A DNA stretch of 64,000 nucleotides, from the NCBI GenBank assembly GCA_937991435.1, contig CALKPY010000002.1, forward strand, positions 9,840-73,839, read 5' to 3'. Below the pieces are notes generated by a model. The model worked only from the letters and a program-made list of their open reading frames with translations. It was not told the DNA's origin and did not search any database. A program made the translations under genes and the position numbers. Shown piece by piece: positions 63,064 through 64,000 of this stretch; the stretch's first letter is position 1; the number at the start of each line of letters is the position of its first letter. The stretch comes from an uncultured Acidimicrobiales bacterium. Lineage in GTDB: Bacteria > Actinomycetota > Acidimicrobiia > Acidimicrobiales > UBA10347.

Positions 63064-64000
63064 GTGACTTTGAAGACCTCTCCCCTGTTCCGCACCGTGG
63101 CGCTTGTTGCTGTCAGCGTGTTGTTGATGGCGTCGTGCGGCGGCGATGATTCCGCTGATGAAACCGGCGTAGCCGACACCTCTGAAGTGTCCTCTGATGC
63201 GTCGACCGATGGGGCTGACAGCAGCGCCGCTGTCGAAGCTGCGACTGCTGTGCCTGGTGGCGCAGTCGATGACTTGAGCGGCAAGCCTGCGCTTGCCGAC
63301 GATCTTCTCGGCGACGTTGGCGAGCTAACGCTGACCGATGTCGTGGTTGGATCCGGCGCAGTTGCCGAGTCGGGTTCGTCGATTTCTACGCAGTACGTTG
63401 GCTATTTGGCAGCGGACGGCACCGAGTTCGACAGTTCGTGGAGCCGCGGAGCTGAGCCGCTGTCTTTCGATCTCGGCCGCCAACAGGTCATCGCCGGTTG
63501 GGATCAGGGCATTATCGGAATGAAGGTCGGTGGCCGTCGCATCATTCAGATTCCGTCTGATCTTGCCTATGGAGCCGCCGGCGCTGGCGCCGATATCGGC
63601 CCCGATGCTGATCTTGTGTTCATTGTCGACCTTGTTGACGTTGCGCCACCGCCGGAACCAGCTCCAGAGATTCCATCTGATGCCCTCGGAGCCGTCTCTG
63701 AGCTGGGCATTATCGATCTTGTCGAAGGAAGCGGCCGCGCCGTCCAGGCGGGCGACATTGCCAAGGTGCAGTACGTAGGTGTCGGCGCCGATGATGGCGT
63801 TGAGTTCGACAGCTCTTGGGCGCGCAATGGCGAACCGTTTCCTTTGGTTGTCGGCCGCGGCCAGGTCATCGAGGGTTGGGACACTGGACTTCTCGGCATG
63901 AAGGTAGGCGGCGAGCGCATTTTGCAGATTCCTGCCGCTCAGGCCTACAACGACGGCGACCTTGTATTCCGTGTACATCTTGAGGAGCTCGTCGAAAGCC
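63064..64000 (+). CDS. Lipoprotein with two tandem FKBP-type peptidyl-prolyl isomerase domains (3' end beyond the window)
   Basis: My own plus-strand translation from GTG 63064: VTLKTSPLFRTVALVAVSVLLMASCGG (lipobox), then two FKBP modules (YVGYLAADGTEFDSSW...VIAGWDQGIIGMKVGGRR and YVGVGADDGVEFDSSW...VIEGWDTGLLGMKVGGER). Absent from the ORF track because there is no stop in the window. Confidence 0.85.
   Translation, partial: MTLKTSPLFRTVALVAVSVLLMASCGGDDSADETGVADTSEVSSDASTDGADSSAAVEAATAVPGGAVDDLSGKPALADDLLGDVGELTLTDVVVGSGAVAESGSSISTQYVGYLAADGTEFDSSWSRGAEPLSFDLGRQQVIAGWDQGIIGMKVGGRRIIQIPSDLAYGAAGAGADIGPDADLVFIVDLVDVAPPPEPAPEIPSDALGAVSELGIIDLVEGSGRAVQAGDIAKVQYVGVGADDGVEFDSSWARNGEPFPLVVGRGQVIEGWDTGLLGMKVGGERILQIPAAQAYNDGDLVFRVHLEELVES

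Noticed and set aside
63325-63978. 217-aa minus-strand ORF at the right edge
   Set aside because: The opposite (plus) strand encodes a clear lipoprotein with two FKBP domains that runs off the window. The minus ORF is its antisense shadow.

Overview
GC-rich, actinobacterial-type chromosomal core segment with about 65 genes, almost gap-free and strongly operonic. Many stop and start codons overlap in ATGA, GTGA or TAATG patterns.

Gene order, left to right:
- his operon on the minus strand (hisD-hisC-hisB-hisH-hisA; hisA is cut by the left edge).
- A small helical ORF, then a 330-bp ORF-free hairpin-rich gap.
- MshD-like GNAT, rlmN, a membrane ORF and menG on the plus strand; menA, a nitroreductase and a hypothetical gene on the minus strand.
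- dnaE, the proteasome activator bpa (C-terminal GQYL), and a divergent alkaline-phosphatase-family / Rrf2 pair.
- rluD, lspA and a histone-like/DksA-like fusion, divergent from ileS.
- The division and cell-wall region on the minus strand: mraZ-rsmH-ftsL-ftsI-murE-mraY-murD-ftsW-murG-murC::murB-ftsQ-ftsZ-pgeF-yggS-sepF-yggT-divIVA.
- LplA-like ligase, HNH protein, MoxR-DUF58-transglutaminase triad, PLP dehydratase, DUF3040, NUDIX-dinB, IMPase, mtrA-mtrB-lpqB, glpK and an aminotransferase.
- A minus-strand operon (coiled-coil protein, queG, GT4, membrane protein, SRPBCC), and a tandem-FKBP lipoprotein running off the right edge.

I found no rRNA, tRNA, CRISPR array, transposase, integrase or prophage signature. 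I do not see a convincing wholly new multi-gene system such as a defence island; this is housekeeping DNA.

The items most worth a second look:
1. A single-ORF MurC-MurB fusion.
2. murF missing from its canonical slot between murE and mraY.
3. A 26-nt long-range inverted repeat with nested helices in the mraZ-rsmH spacer.
4. A 10-bp-phased GTGG(GG) repeat array over a good promoter upstream of mraZ.
5. A Lys/Ala-rich histone-like domain fused to a DksA-like domain.
6. A 682-aa coiled-coil protein with a possible degenerate NYN-like C-terminal domain, heading an odd operon.

All functional calls come from motifs read by eye in the translations. No database search was run.
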